The position numbers were made by a program, and so were the translations under genes. A stretch of 32,000 nt of DNA. Source: Massilicoli timonensis (GTDB lineage Bacteria; Bacillota_I; Bacilli_A; Erysipelotrichales; Erysipelotrichaceae). Positions within the stretch are counted from its first letter, which is position 1; the number at the start of each line of letters is the position of its first letter. Location of the stretch: NCBI RefSeq assembly GCF_900199515.1, contig NZ_LT963434.1, forward strand, positions 234,057 through 266,056, read 5' to 3'. Under the pieces are notes generated by a model. It ran no database searches, was not told where the DNA came from, and worked only from the letters and a program-made list of their open reading frames with translations. Positions 25,764 through 32,000 of this stretch are shown here, one piece after another.

Positions 25764-26936
25764 TTAGGTTAGGTCCTTTGCCAATTCTTGCAGATAAGCG
25801 AGGATCCCTGCCTCATAAGCACCGCCGCCCTGCGCCATAAAAGGACTGCCGCCGCCCTTGAAGGCAAAGCGTTTGCCTACCTGCTGAAATAGCGCATTGG
25901 CCTTAAAAGTCATCGACGGTGCATGTGCGATCACCACGTGTGCACGCGCTTCATGATGACATACACATAATAGGCTCTTTTCATAGTTTCGCACCAATAT
26001 CGAGCACAGGGAAGTAAACATCTTTGTATCAAGATCATCTATTTCCGCAACGATCAATGGTTCCTGATGTGTTTCAGCCATCTGTTTCGCATACAGCTCC
26101 ACATACTGATTTTTCCAGTTCTGCTCTTCCTGCTTAGCTGCTTTCAGTTCATTTTGTAAGCGATCCACGCCCGCTGCGCTCTCTAATAGCGGCACTGCCA
26201 GTTTTTTGGCGCAGCTGCTCAGTGCTTCCAACTGCTTGCCATAGGTGTGAAGCAGCTGATCTCCGCATAAAAAGTAAATCCGGTAGCCGCGCGTCGTTTT
26301 TTCAAAGCGCTGAAACTTGATCATTTGGATATGGCGAAGGCTTGGCACCTGCACACATCCGCACATATTATAGTCAATATCGCCGATCTTGACCGCGCGC
26401 AGCTCCTCATGATCCGTTTTTTCCAGCGCAACATGGCGAAGCGCCTCTTCCTTGGTAGGATACACGATTTCCACCGGCAGATCCATACAGATATACGCAT
26501 TGCATAACTGTTCCAGTTCTTCCATCAGCGCATGATCGAACGCTGTAAAACCCATTTCCGCACCGGCTTCGACCGCATCATTAAAAAATGAAATCGTCGG
26601 TGCATGATAGCGTTTGTTCATGATCCCGCACATCAAATGCTGCGCACTGTGAATTTGCGTCTTGATGCGCCGATATGCCACATCGACCTGCTGGGTCACG
26701 ACGCCTTCCAAAGGTTCTTCCACCAAATGATAAATATGTCCGTTTTCCCATTTCAACGCTTTTACCGTGAGATCATTTAAGGTGCCGCGATCAGAAGCCA
26801 TGCCACCCCCTTCCACATAAAACACACTTTCCTCACAGGCGATCCAATAGCCCCTTTCCTCTTTGATACGATCGATGACTTTGCTTTGCAGCGAAGTTTT
26901 CATCCAGTCATCATAATAGCGATTCAACAATCTCAT
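25764..26936 (-). CDS. alanyl-tRNA editing protein, AlaX-L type (AlaRS second-additional domain + DHHA1-like C-terminus)
   Basis: HSAQH (HxxxH), R-V-x-I-G-x-x-x-x-x-x-CGCVQV in place of CGGTHV, and C-terminal GGGSPFMAQGGG, as in the AlaRS C-Ala/DHHA1 region. About 390 aa. ATG 26936 (ORF track GTG 26939). Confidence 0.8.
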   Translation of the reverse strand: MRLLNRYYDDWMKTSLQSKVIDRIKEERGYWIACEESVFYVEGGGMASDRGTLNDLTVKALKWENGHIYHLVEEPLEGVVTQQVDVAYRRIKTQIHSAQHLMCGIMNKRYHAPTISFFNDAVEAGAEMGFTAFDHALMEELEQLCNAYICMDLPVEIVYPTKEEALRHVALEKTDHEELRAVKIGDIDYNMCGCVQVPSLRHIQMIKFQRFEKTTRGYRIYFLCGDQLLHTYGKQLEALSSCAKKLAVPLLESAAGVDRLQNELKAAKQEEQNWKNQYVELYAKQMAETHQEPLIVAEIDDLDTKMFTSLCSILVRNYEKSLLCVCHHEARAHVVIAHAPSMTFKANALFQQVGKRFAFKGGGSPFMAQGGGAYEAGILAYLQELAKDLT

Positions 26937-26970
26937 CACCTCTTTCGTTCATTATATCATAAACAGCCGT

Positions 26971-27483
26971 TCATTTACTTTTTTGTTTCAAATATGCCGC
27001 AAAAGCACAGGCATCTCTTTGTTGAATGAGTCGATTGATCCCCTTTGCCCGCTCATTTTCCAATATCGGCAGCACTTCCCCTTCTTTCAGCCAGACTACC
27101 TCCGCGATCAGCATTTGTTCAAGCGGCGTGCGTTTGATCTGTCCGATATTTTCCCCTAAGCGCACCGCATAGAAATGAGAATGGGTTTCCCGCTTGATCA
27201 GATAATAACGATCAACGATCTCTCCGATCGCTCCAATGATCTCACAGGTATAGCCGCTTTCCTCCATCACTTCCCGATGAATGGCCGCTTCTTCACTTTC
27301 GTTCTCCTCAATGCCGCCGCCGATCGTTTCTAAATGATCGCGCTGCCCAAACGCATCTTCTCCGACGATTCGCAAAAAAGCATATTCATCATGATCATTT
27401 ACCGCGATCACCCGCACAGTATGACGCACCTCAGCGATTGCTTGTTTTTTCCATACCGTATCTTCCAGTTTTGCCAAAATCAT
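26971..27483 (-). CDS. NUDIX hydrolase
   Basis: Nudix box GGGIEENESEEAAIHREVMEESG (Gx5Ex7REUxEExGU). Start set to ATG 27483 (AAGGAG 8 nt upstream); the ORF-track GTG 27492 lies inside the SD. Confidence 0.85.
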   Translation of the reverse strand: MILAKLEDTVWKKQAIAEVRHTVRVIAVNDHDEYAFLRIVGEDAFGQRDHLETIGGGIEENESEEAAIHREVMEESGYTCEIIGAIGEIVDRYYLIKRETHSHFYAVRLGENIGQIKRTPLEQMLIAEVVWLKEGEVLPILENERAKGINRLIQQRDACAFAAYLKQKSK

Positions 27484-27499
27484 CGTCTTCACTCCTTAT

Positions 27500-27530
27500 A
27501 AAAGAAAAAACAGCCACCCGTGTGACTGTC
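27500..27530 (-). terminator. intrinsic terminator immediately upstream of the NUDIX SD
   Basis: Minus strand reads ACAGUCAC-ACGG-GUGGCUGU (8 bp, one G.U) followed by UUUUUCUUUU. The U tract ends 2-3 nt before AAGGAG. Confidence 0.8.
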
Positions 27531-27632
27531 TTTTCGGCGACATTGATTTGATAATTTTTTTTGGGGGAGATTCATGCAAATTCCCTTATTTGGGTGGGGG
27601 AAGATGGGAATAAGCACACTCAAATCAATGTC
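27501..27632 (-). ncRNA. candidate ~130-nt structured RNA (riboswitch-like leader or C-rich sRNA), unclassified
   Basis: It is bracketed by the promoter at 27639-27668 and the terminator at 27500-27530. A 13-bp perfect long-range helix encloses two unpaired C-runs and a local hairpin. No ORF. Confidence 0.35.
27539..27632. repeat. perfect 13-bp inverted repeat GACATTGATTTGA (27539-27551) / TCAAATCAATGTC (27620-27632)
   Basis: Read directly from the sequence. The arms are separated by 68 nt rich in G-runs (plus strand) / C-runs (minus strand). Confidence 0.9.
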
Positions 27633-27638
27633 ATGTTA

Positions 27639-27668
27639 ATAATACCTAAAATCTATTCTGTTTGTCAA
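27639..27668 (-). promoter_or_regulatory. sigma-A type promoter driving the candidate RNA / NUDIX leader
   Basis: Minus strand reads TTGACA (27668-27663), 18 nt spacer, TATTAT (27644-27639). The predicted start lies at about the first base of the 13-bp helix. Confidence 0.5.
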
Positions 27669-27789
27669 TAAATTTCTACTAAAAAAAGTCGCTTTCTTAT
27701 TATTTTTCTGATCTTCTACGCATTTTGTGGATAATCCTTCCCTTATTTTCCATTTTTCTATAACCGCATAGTATGAAATGAGGTGAAGT

Positions 27790-28470
27790 ATGAAAAAAAT
27801 CGGGATCGTCACAAGAACAGAAGCGCTGGAAGGAATCGAAAGGACCTTTGTGAATGACAGTTATGGAAACGCCATTCGTAAAGAAGGATGGTTCCCCGTA
27901 TTTTGCAATGAGATCGCTTTGGCGAACTGGTATGCCCAAAATCTGGATGCGCTGCTCATACCCGGTGGCTTAGATATAGATCCGCTTTACTATCAAAAGC
28001 AATGCGATCCGGCAACAAAGCGTTATCCAAACCCCATTGACGCACTGGATTTTGCTTTATTGGAAGCATTCTTACAGGAAGGCAAACCGATACTAGGCAT
28101 CTGCCGCGGCTTACAGGTCATCAATGTCTTTTTTCGCGGTACGCTGAAACAGGATATCAATACCGATGATCATGAACGCGATCATCTTCATGAGGTCACG
28201 ATCCTGCCCGGTTCTTTTTTATCCTCTATGCAAAAGCCGGTCATGGAAGTAAACTCTTACCATCACCAGACCATTGACCGCTTAGGAAAAGATTTGCGGG
28301 CGATCGCCGTTCATCGCGATCAAACGATCGAAGCGATCATACACAAAACATTTTCGATCCTGGCGGTACAGTGGCATCCGGAAAAAATGGAGGACGATGT
28401 CATCATTCCTTATTTTCTGCATGCCTGTGCCACTTGTCGCTTTCCTCTCCACCAGCGCCATAAAAAATAA
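27790..28470 (+). CDS. class I glutamine amidotransferase-like, peptidase C26 / gamma-glutamyl-GABA hydrolase (PuuD) family
   Basis: Nucleophile elbow GICRGLQVINV and QWHPE (His/Glu of the triad). 226 aa. GAGGTGAAG SD. Confidence 0.85.
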   Translation: MKKIGIVTRTEALEGIERTFVNDSYGNAIRKEGWFPVFCNEIALANWYAQNLDALLIPGGLDIDPLYYQKQCDPATKRYPNPIDALDFALLEAFLQEGKPILGICRGLQVINVFFRGTLKQDINTDDHERDHLHEVTILPGSFLSSMQKPVMEVNSYHHQTIDRLGKDLRAIAVHRDQTIEAIIHKTFSILAVQWHPEKMEDDVIIPYFLHACATCRFPLHQRHKK

Positions 28471-28964
28471 ACGATGATAAGCAAAGAAAGCCAGTTTAGG
28501 AAGCGATCCAGCGGTACTGACATCGCCATTTCCTTGGCAGCGTAGCAGACCAAAAGCGAACGCATAAAACGAGCGATGCCATCACTGAGCAAAAAAGGAA
28601 ACAGCGGCATGCGCATCAGTCCGGCCAAATAGGCAAGCAGAAAGTCAGGAATTGGTGTGATGCCGCCGATGATCACAGCGATGATCCCATAGCGCTTCAT
28701 GATCCGTTCCCCTTTATCAATATCCGATGTACTCGCCAAATGCTGCAGGATCTTTCTGCCAAAGCGCCATGCCAAAAAATAGCCGACCGCGCCGCCGAGC
28801 ATCGTGCCGAAACTGCCGATCACACAAAAGAACAGCCAGTATGCGGGAAGCTTCAAGCATAGCGGCAGTAACACGACCTCCAATGAAGGGAGCGGTAAAA
28901 AGGCCTTCAGGCAGGCATAAAGAAACAACGCCACATTTTGATAAAGAAAAAACATACCTGTCAT
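28410..28964 (-). CDS. DedA/YqaA-like (VTT/SNARE-associated domain) membrane protein
   Basis: 184 aa with 4-5 TM spans. FLPLPSLEVVLLPL, GxxxGxxxxYxxGRxxG-like GGAVGYFLAWRFGRK and ITPIPDFLLAYLAG. AGGTGA SD 5 nt upstream. Confidence 0.7.
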   Translation of the reverse strand: MTGMFFLYQNVALFLYACLKAFLPLPSLEVVLLPLCLKLPAYWLFFCVIGSFGTMLGGAVGYFLAWRFGRKILQHLASTSDIDKGERIMKRYGIIAVIIGGITPIPDFLLAYLAGLMRMPLFPFLLSDGIARFMRSLLVCYAAKEMAMSVPLDRFLNWLSLLIIVYFLWRWWRGKRQVAQACRK

Positions 28965-29005
28965 GATGTTCTCACCTGCTACAAGGTATGTTTTTTCTCT
29001 TGCTT

Positions 29006-29788
29006 TTATTCGTCATCCATACAGGCGAACAGATCATGATAGCATGCACTCGGCGCAAATGCATAGCGTGCACAATCCGCAGCGGTGTGCACACCGCTTT
29101 CCACCAAGATCGTTTCTACACCATGCAGCGCCCCAAAAGCGATGTCAGTTTCCATATTATCGCCCAAAATGATACAGTCTTCTTTTTGCTTATTCAGATA
29201 GGCCAGCGTTTCCTCCAGCATAGGCGCGTATGGCTTGCCCAGCTTTAAGGACTCCTGTTCGCTCGCATAAGCAAGCATTTCTACGATACTGCCGTTCCCG
29301 ATCAGAAAATGATCGCCATCCGCCAAGCGTCGATCACAGTTCGTGCCGATCAGCTTTGCCCCATTCCACAACTGTTCAAAGGCCTTGGAATAATCCATAT
29401 ACGTTTTAGAGCGCGACAAACCGACAAATACAAAATCACTGTGATCATCCACGATCGTAAAACCATTTTCCAGCAATGCTTCCCTTAATCCGTCCTCACC
29501 GATATAGTAGGCGTTACGCCGATCACTCATTCTTGCGACATAACGCGCCGCTGCCATGGCACTGGTAAAAAATTCATCTTCTTTGATGCCATGAAACCCC
29601 AACGCTTCCATATGTGCAACATTCTGCTTCTTCGTGCGCATGGCGTTATTGGTAACGAAGCAATAAGGGATTTTTTCTTTTTGTAAATAGCTGATCAATT
29701 CGATCGCACCGGGTATCTGCTTTTTGCCCCGATACATCGTTCCATCCAGATCGATCAGCCACGTTTTATGCTTCCATCGTTCTTTCAT
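29006..29788 (-). CDS. HAD-IIA family phosphatase (NagD/YutF-like)
   Basis: Motif I LIDLDGTMY, motif II FVTNN, motif IV GDNMETDI. 260 aa. Confidence 0.85.
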   Translation of the reverse strand: MKERWKHKTWLIDLDGTMYRGKKQIPGAIELISYLQKEKIPYCFVTNNAMRTKKQNVAHMEALGFHGIKEDEFFTSAMAAARYVARMSDRRNAYYIGEDGLREALLENGFTIVDDHSDFVFVGLSRSKTYMDYSKAFEQLWNGAKLIGTNCDRRLADGDHFLIGNGSIVEMLAYASEQESLKLGKPYAPMLEETLAYLNKQKEDCIILGDNMETDIAFGALHGVETILVESGVHTAADCARYAFAPSACYHDLFACMDDE

Positions 29789-29815
29789 ATCCTCATTCCT
29801 TTCTTTTTTATTATA

Positions 29816-30967
29816 TCATGCTTTTGCCTGCGGCTTCAGTTTTTTTCGAAAGCCGATCAGAAACGCAAACGGTGCAAGATTGGCGGCCGCAAACACATAA
29901 AGCGTCAGATCATAGCCCAGCCAATCGATCAAAGCGCTGCTGATCAGCGGCGTCAGTAAACCGCTTAATCCAACAAAGATTGCCAATGCAAATAACTGGG
30001 CGCTGCTGCGCAGACTGCTTTCACAAATATCTTCGATGATGAGCTTGCTGACGAGGGCGACGATCGGCAGCGTTACGACTTGTAAAAAGGTAATGCCGAT
30101 GATGAAATAAGGATCCTGTGCAAAGCCATACAAAAAGAATTTGATGCCATACATCACGACTGCCACTAATAAAAGCGTATAGGCATTCACCTTTTTTAAC
30201 AGCCGATTCGCACCAAGCAGCAGCGGCACCTCCATGATCGACTGTACTGCCCATTTGATTGCGATCACATCGTGGCTTGCCTTTAAGGCGACCATTTTAT
30301 CCACGACGATATACTGATCGCCGTTGCCGATCAAATAGATCATGAAAAAGACAAACACAAAGGCGAGATAACGGCGATTGCGAAACAGCTTTTTGATTTC
30401 TTTTAAGCTGTAATTGCTTTCAATACGCACATCCTGCAATTTTCGAAAGAAGAACAGCCAAAGCACAGATACGATAAGCAGGCCGATTGCCAGCATGGGA
30501 AAAGAAGTGAGCGAAACGATCTGCCCTGCCGCGATCGCACCGACAGTAAAACCCAGCGCGCCTGCTGCTCTTAGCTTTGGATAATTTTGTTGATCCAACT
30601 GAAATAAATAAGTTTCCGTTAATCCTTGCATGATCTTTGCAAAACCGCCGACCATCGCACATACCAACAAAAGATAAGCAAATAAATCACCGCTGCTTAA
30701 CACCATCGCCAAAGCAGACACAGCGAGAATCAAATAACCGATCAGTAAAAAACGCTTCATCTGATGATAGCGATCACAAAGAAGGCCGAAAACGATCTGC
30801 CCGATCGTCGCGATCACCGCCACAAGCGCCAATACGATGCCCCGCTGCTCAAGGGAGAACGCATGCTCCTTCAAAAAAGGGATCAGCTGGGTCGAAACAT
30901 AGGAAAATACAAAAAAAGCCAGGAAATTCTGTATGTATAAAAGCGCGTTTCGCTTCATTGATTTCAC
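29816..30967 (-). CDS. MFS transporter (12-TM, MFS_1-like)
   Basis: 383 aa, uniformly hydrophobic with about 12 spans. LCDRYHQMKR loop after TM2 (MFS motif A-like). Confidence 0.85.
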   Translation of the reverse strand: MKSMKRNALLYIQNFLAFFVFSYVSTQLIPFLKEHAFSLEQRGIVLALVAVIATIGQIVFGLLCDRYHQMKRFLLIGYLILAVSALAMVLSSGDLFAYLLLVCAMVGGFAKIMQGLTETYLFQLDQQNYPKLRAAGALGFTVGAIAAGQIVSLTSFPMLAIGLLIVSVLWLFFFRKLQDVRIESNYSLKEIKKLFRNRRYLAFVFVFFMIYLIGNGDQYIVVDKMVALKASHDVIAIKWAVQSIMEVPLLLGANRLLKKVNAYTLLLVAVVMYGIKFFLYGFAQDPYFIIGITFLQVVTLPIVALVSKLIIEDICESSLRSSAQLFALAIFVGLSGLLTPLISSALIDWLGYDLTLYVFAAANLAPFAFLIGFRKKLKPQAKA

Positions 30968-31000
30968 TCCCTGGCTTTAGTATGTAACGCTTTGATTTGC

Positions 31001-31513
31001 TTATACGCGGGTGATTCCCGCAGGGGTAAGGATCAGATCCAGCTTTACATCAAGATCATGCGGCCATGTATCCGCTACCTTTTGAAAGCAGTAAGCAACG
31101 CCAATCTTCAACGCACTGCATTTTTTCAGATAGCGATCGTAATAGCCCTTTCCATAACCGATGCGATAGCCGTTTTCATCATAGGCGAGCAGCGGCACTA
31201 AAATAATGTCGATCTGTTTTGGATCCACGCTTTTGCCGATCGGTTCTTCAATGCCATAGCGGCCGCGTCTAAAATCATCCGGAACGATCATTTCCATATG
31301 CGTTTCATCCAGTACCCGCGGATAGCACCAGGTTCCTTTCGCAGAGGGCAGTATTTCCAATTCCGCACGAAAGGCCCGATACGATGCGATCAGCATATCT
31401 TCTTTCAACAATGTTTCCAGCCATCTGGCCGCTTGCTTGGAAGCCTGTTTTCGCTCGCTCTCGCTCAGTTGTTCGCGTTTTTTACGCATATGCTTACGAA
31501 TTTCATCTTTCAT
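31001..31513 (-). CDS. 5-formyltetrahydrofolate cyclo-ligase
   Basis: 170 aa. Conserved GYGKGYYDRYL and N-terminal K..lRk....R motifs. Overlaps the sufU 3' end by 11 nt. Confidence 0.9.
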   Translation of the reverse strand: MKDEIRKHMRKKREQLSESERKQASKQAARWLETLLKEDMLIASYRAFRAELEILPSAKGTWCYPRVLDETHMEMIVPDDFRRGRYGIEEPIGKSVDPKQIDIILVPLLAYDENGYRIGYGKGYYDRYLKKCSALKIGVAYCFQKVADTWPHDLDVKLDLILTPAGITRV

Positions 31514-31919
31514 CTTCCAACACCTGACGCATTGCCTTCCAGCTTAAAAACGCGCATTCCCTGCGATTGGCCTTCGTTGCGACGTCCGCAAAGATCGCTT
31601 CTTCCCCGATTCGCTCAGCTTCATACGGCTGCTGATCCAGCATGCGTTCATACGCCTCGATCTGCTTTAGTGCCGATTTGCGATCCTGCTTGCGCAGTTC
31701 TTCACACATCATGGAAGCAGCGGCGGTAGCGATCGCACAGGCATGACCGTAAAAGCAGACATCTTCGATCACATCATCTTGTATGTTTACCATCAGTGTC
31801 AGATCATCAGCGCACGTATGGCTGTAAGCGCGTACCGACACATATCGTTCTTCTTTCCGATAATGACGGGGATGGGTCGCATGTTCCATCAAAAGCGCTC
31901 TTTTTTTCATCGGATCCAT
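31503..31919 (-). CDS. sufU: SufU-type Fe-S cluster assembly scaffold / sulfur acceptor (NifU N-terminal family)
   Basis: SHTCADDLTLMVNIQDDVIEDVCFYGHACAIATAAASMM and RRECAFLSWKAM align with B. subtilis SufU (C41/D43, C66, C128 equivalents present). Start at ATG 31919 (GAGGTG SD); the ORF is open to 31976. Confidence 0.85.
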   Translation of the reverse strand: MDPMKKRALLMEHATHPRHYRKEERYVSVRAYSHTCADDLTLMVNIQDDVIEDVCFYGHACAIATAAASMMCEELRKQDRKSALKQIEAYERMLDQQPYEAERIGEEAIFADVATKANRRECAFLSWKAMRQVLEDER

Positions 31920-31929
31920 CTGTTTCACC

Positions 31930-32000
31930 TCATTCCATATAAAGATCGACGCAGGCGTCCAGCGTGATCTTCTCACAAAGCGCTAAGAAGCGATCGATTT
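31930..32000 (-). CDS. 3' end of an upstream gene running off the right edge (possibly cysteine desulfurase SufS, by context only)
   Basis: The complement frame reads ...IDRFLALCEKITLDACVDLYME* with TGA at 31930-31932, 10 nt before the sufU ATG. The identity is inferred only from the usual sufS-sufU adjacency. Confidence 0.35.
   Translation of the reverse strand, partial: IDRFLALCEKITLDACVDLYME

Noticed and set aside
27563-27607. Four G-runs on the plus strand (GGGGG, GGG, GGGGG, GGG) that could in principle form a G-quadruplex opposite the candidate RNA.
   Set aside because: One loop would be about 23 nt. The runs are the complement of the C-rich loops, which the minus-strand RNA hypothesis explains better. 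It is kept only as an alternative reading.
27539-27632. The 13-bp perfect inverted repeat interpreted as MITE termini or as a paired operator for a DNA-binding regulator.
   Set aside because: There are no flanking direct repeats. The arms coincide exactly with the predicted transcript 5' end and the segment just before the terminator, which favours an RNA helix. This cannot be fully excluded without genome-wide copy counting.
1-32000. Searched by eye for a CRISPR array, tRNA/rRNA genes, prophage or integrase modules, toxin-antitoxin pairs or defence-type gene clusters.
   Set aside because: There are no regularly spaced direct repeats and no tRNA- or rRNA-like sequence. Every sizeable ORF has a confident housekeeping-type assignment. 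The only mobile DNA is the single IS. I therefore do not claim a novel protein system here.

Overview
This window looks like ordinary chromosomal core from a Bacillota (Firmicutes) genome. From memory, the gene order closely follows the Bacillus subtilis comG / yqg / yqf / sigA / era region. Left to right it contains: a complete comGA-GG competence pseudopilus operon plus a truncated membrane gene (minus strand), an MBL hydrolase, rpmG (hand-found, absent from the ORF track) and a class B PBP. Next come ispG, nfo, a CshB-like DEAD-box helicase and ispH. A small non-syntenic islet follows (alpha/beta hydrolase, signal-less type II asparaginase, one intact ISL3-family IS). Then come trmK, sigA, dnaG, glyQS, recO, era, cdd, dgkA, ybeY, phoH, yqfD and yqfC, followed by AlaX-L and NUDIX genes. 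The window ends with a class I glutamine amidotransferase and a tight minus-strand cluster (partial sufS-like, sufU, 5-formyl-THF cyclo-ligase, MFS, HAD-IIA, DedA/YqaA-like). I found no rRNA, tRNA, CRISPR array, prophage or recognisable defence or toxin system, and no convincing novel multi-gene protein system. The observations most worth follow-up are RNA or regulatory. (1) A promoter-to-terminator, roughly 130-nt C-rich structured element abuts the NUDIX/AlaX-L genes; I cannot assign it to a known riboswitch or sRNA class. (2) About 420 nt of ORF-free, structured sequence precedes glyQS and carries only a partial T-box-like signature. (3) The IS insertion has perfect inverted repeats and target-site duplication and separates the asparaginase gene from a shared terminator. 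(4) AlaX-L has its CxxxH zinc motif changed to CxxxQ. All function calls come from motif recognition by eye; no searches were run.
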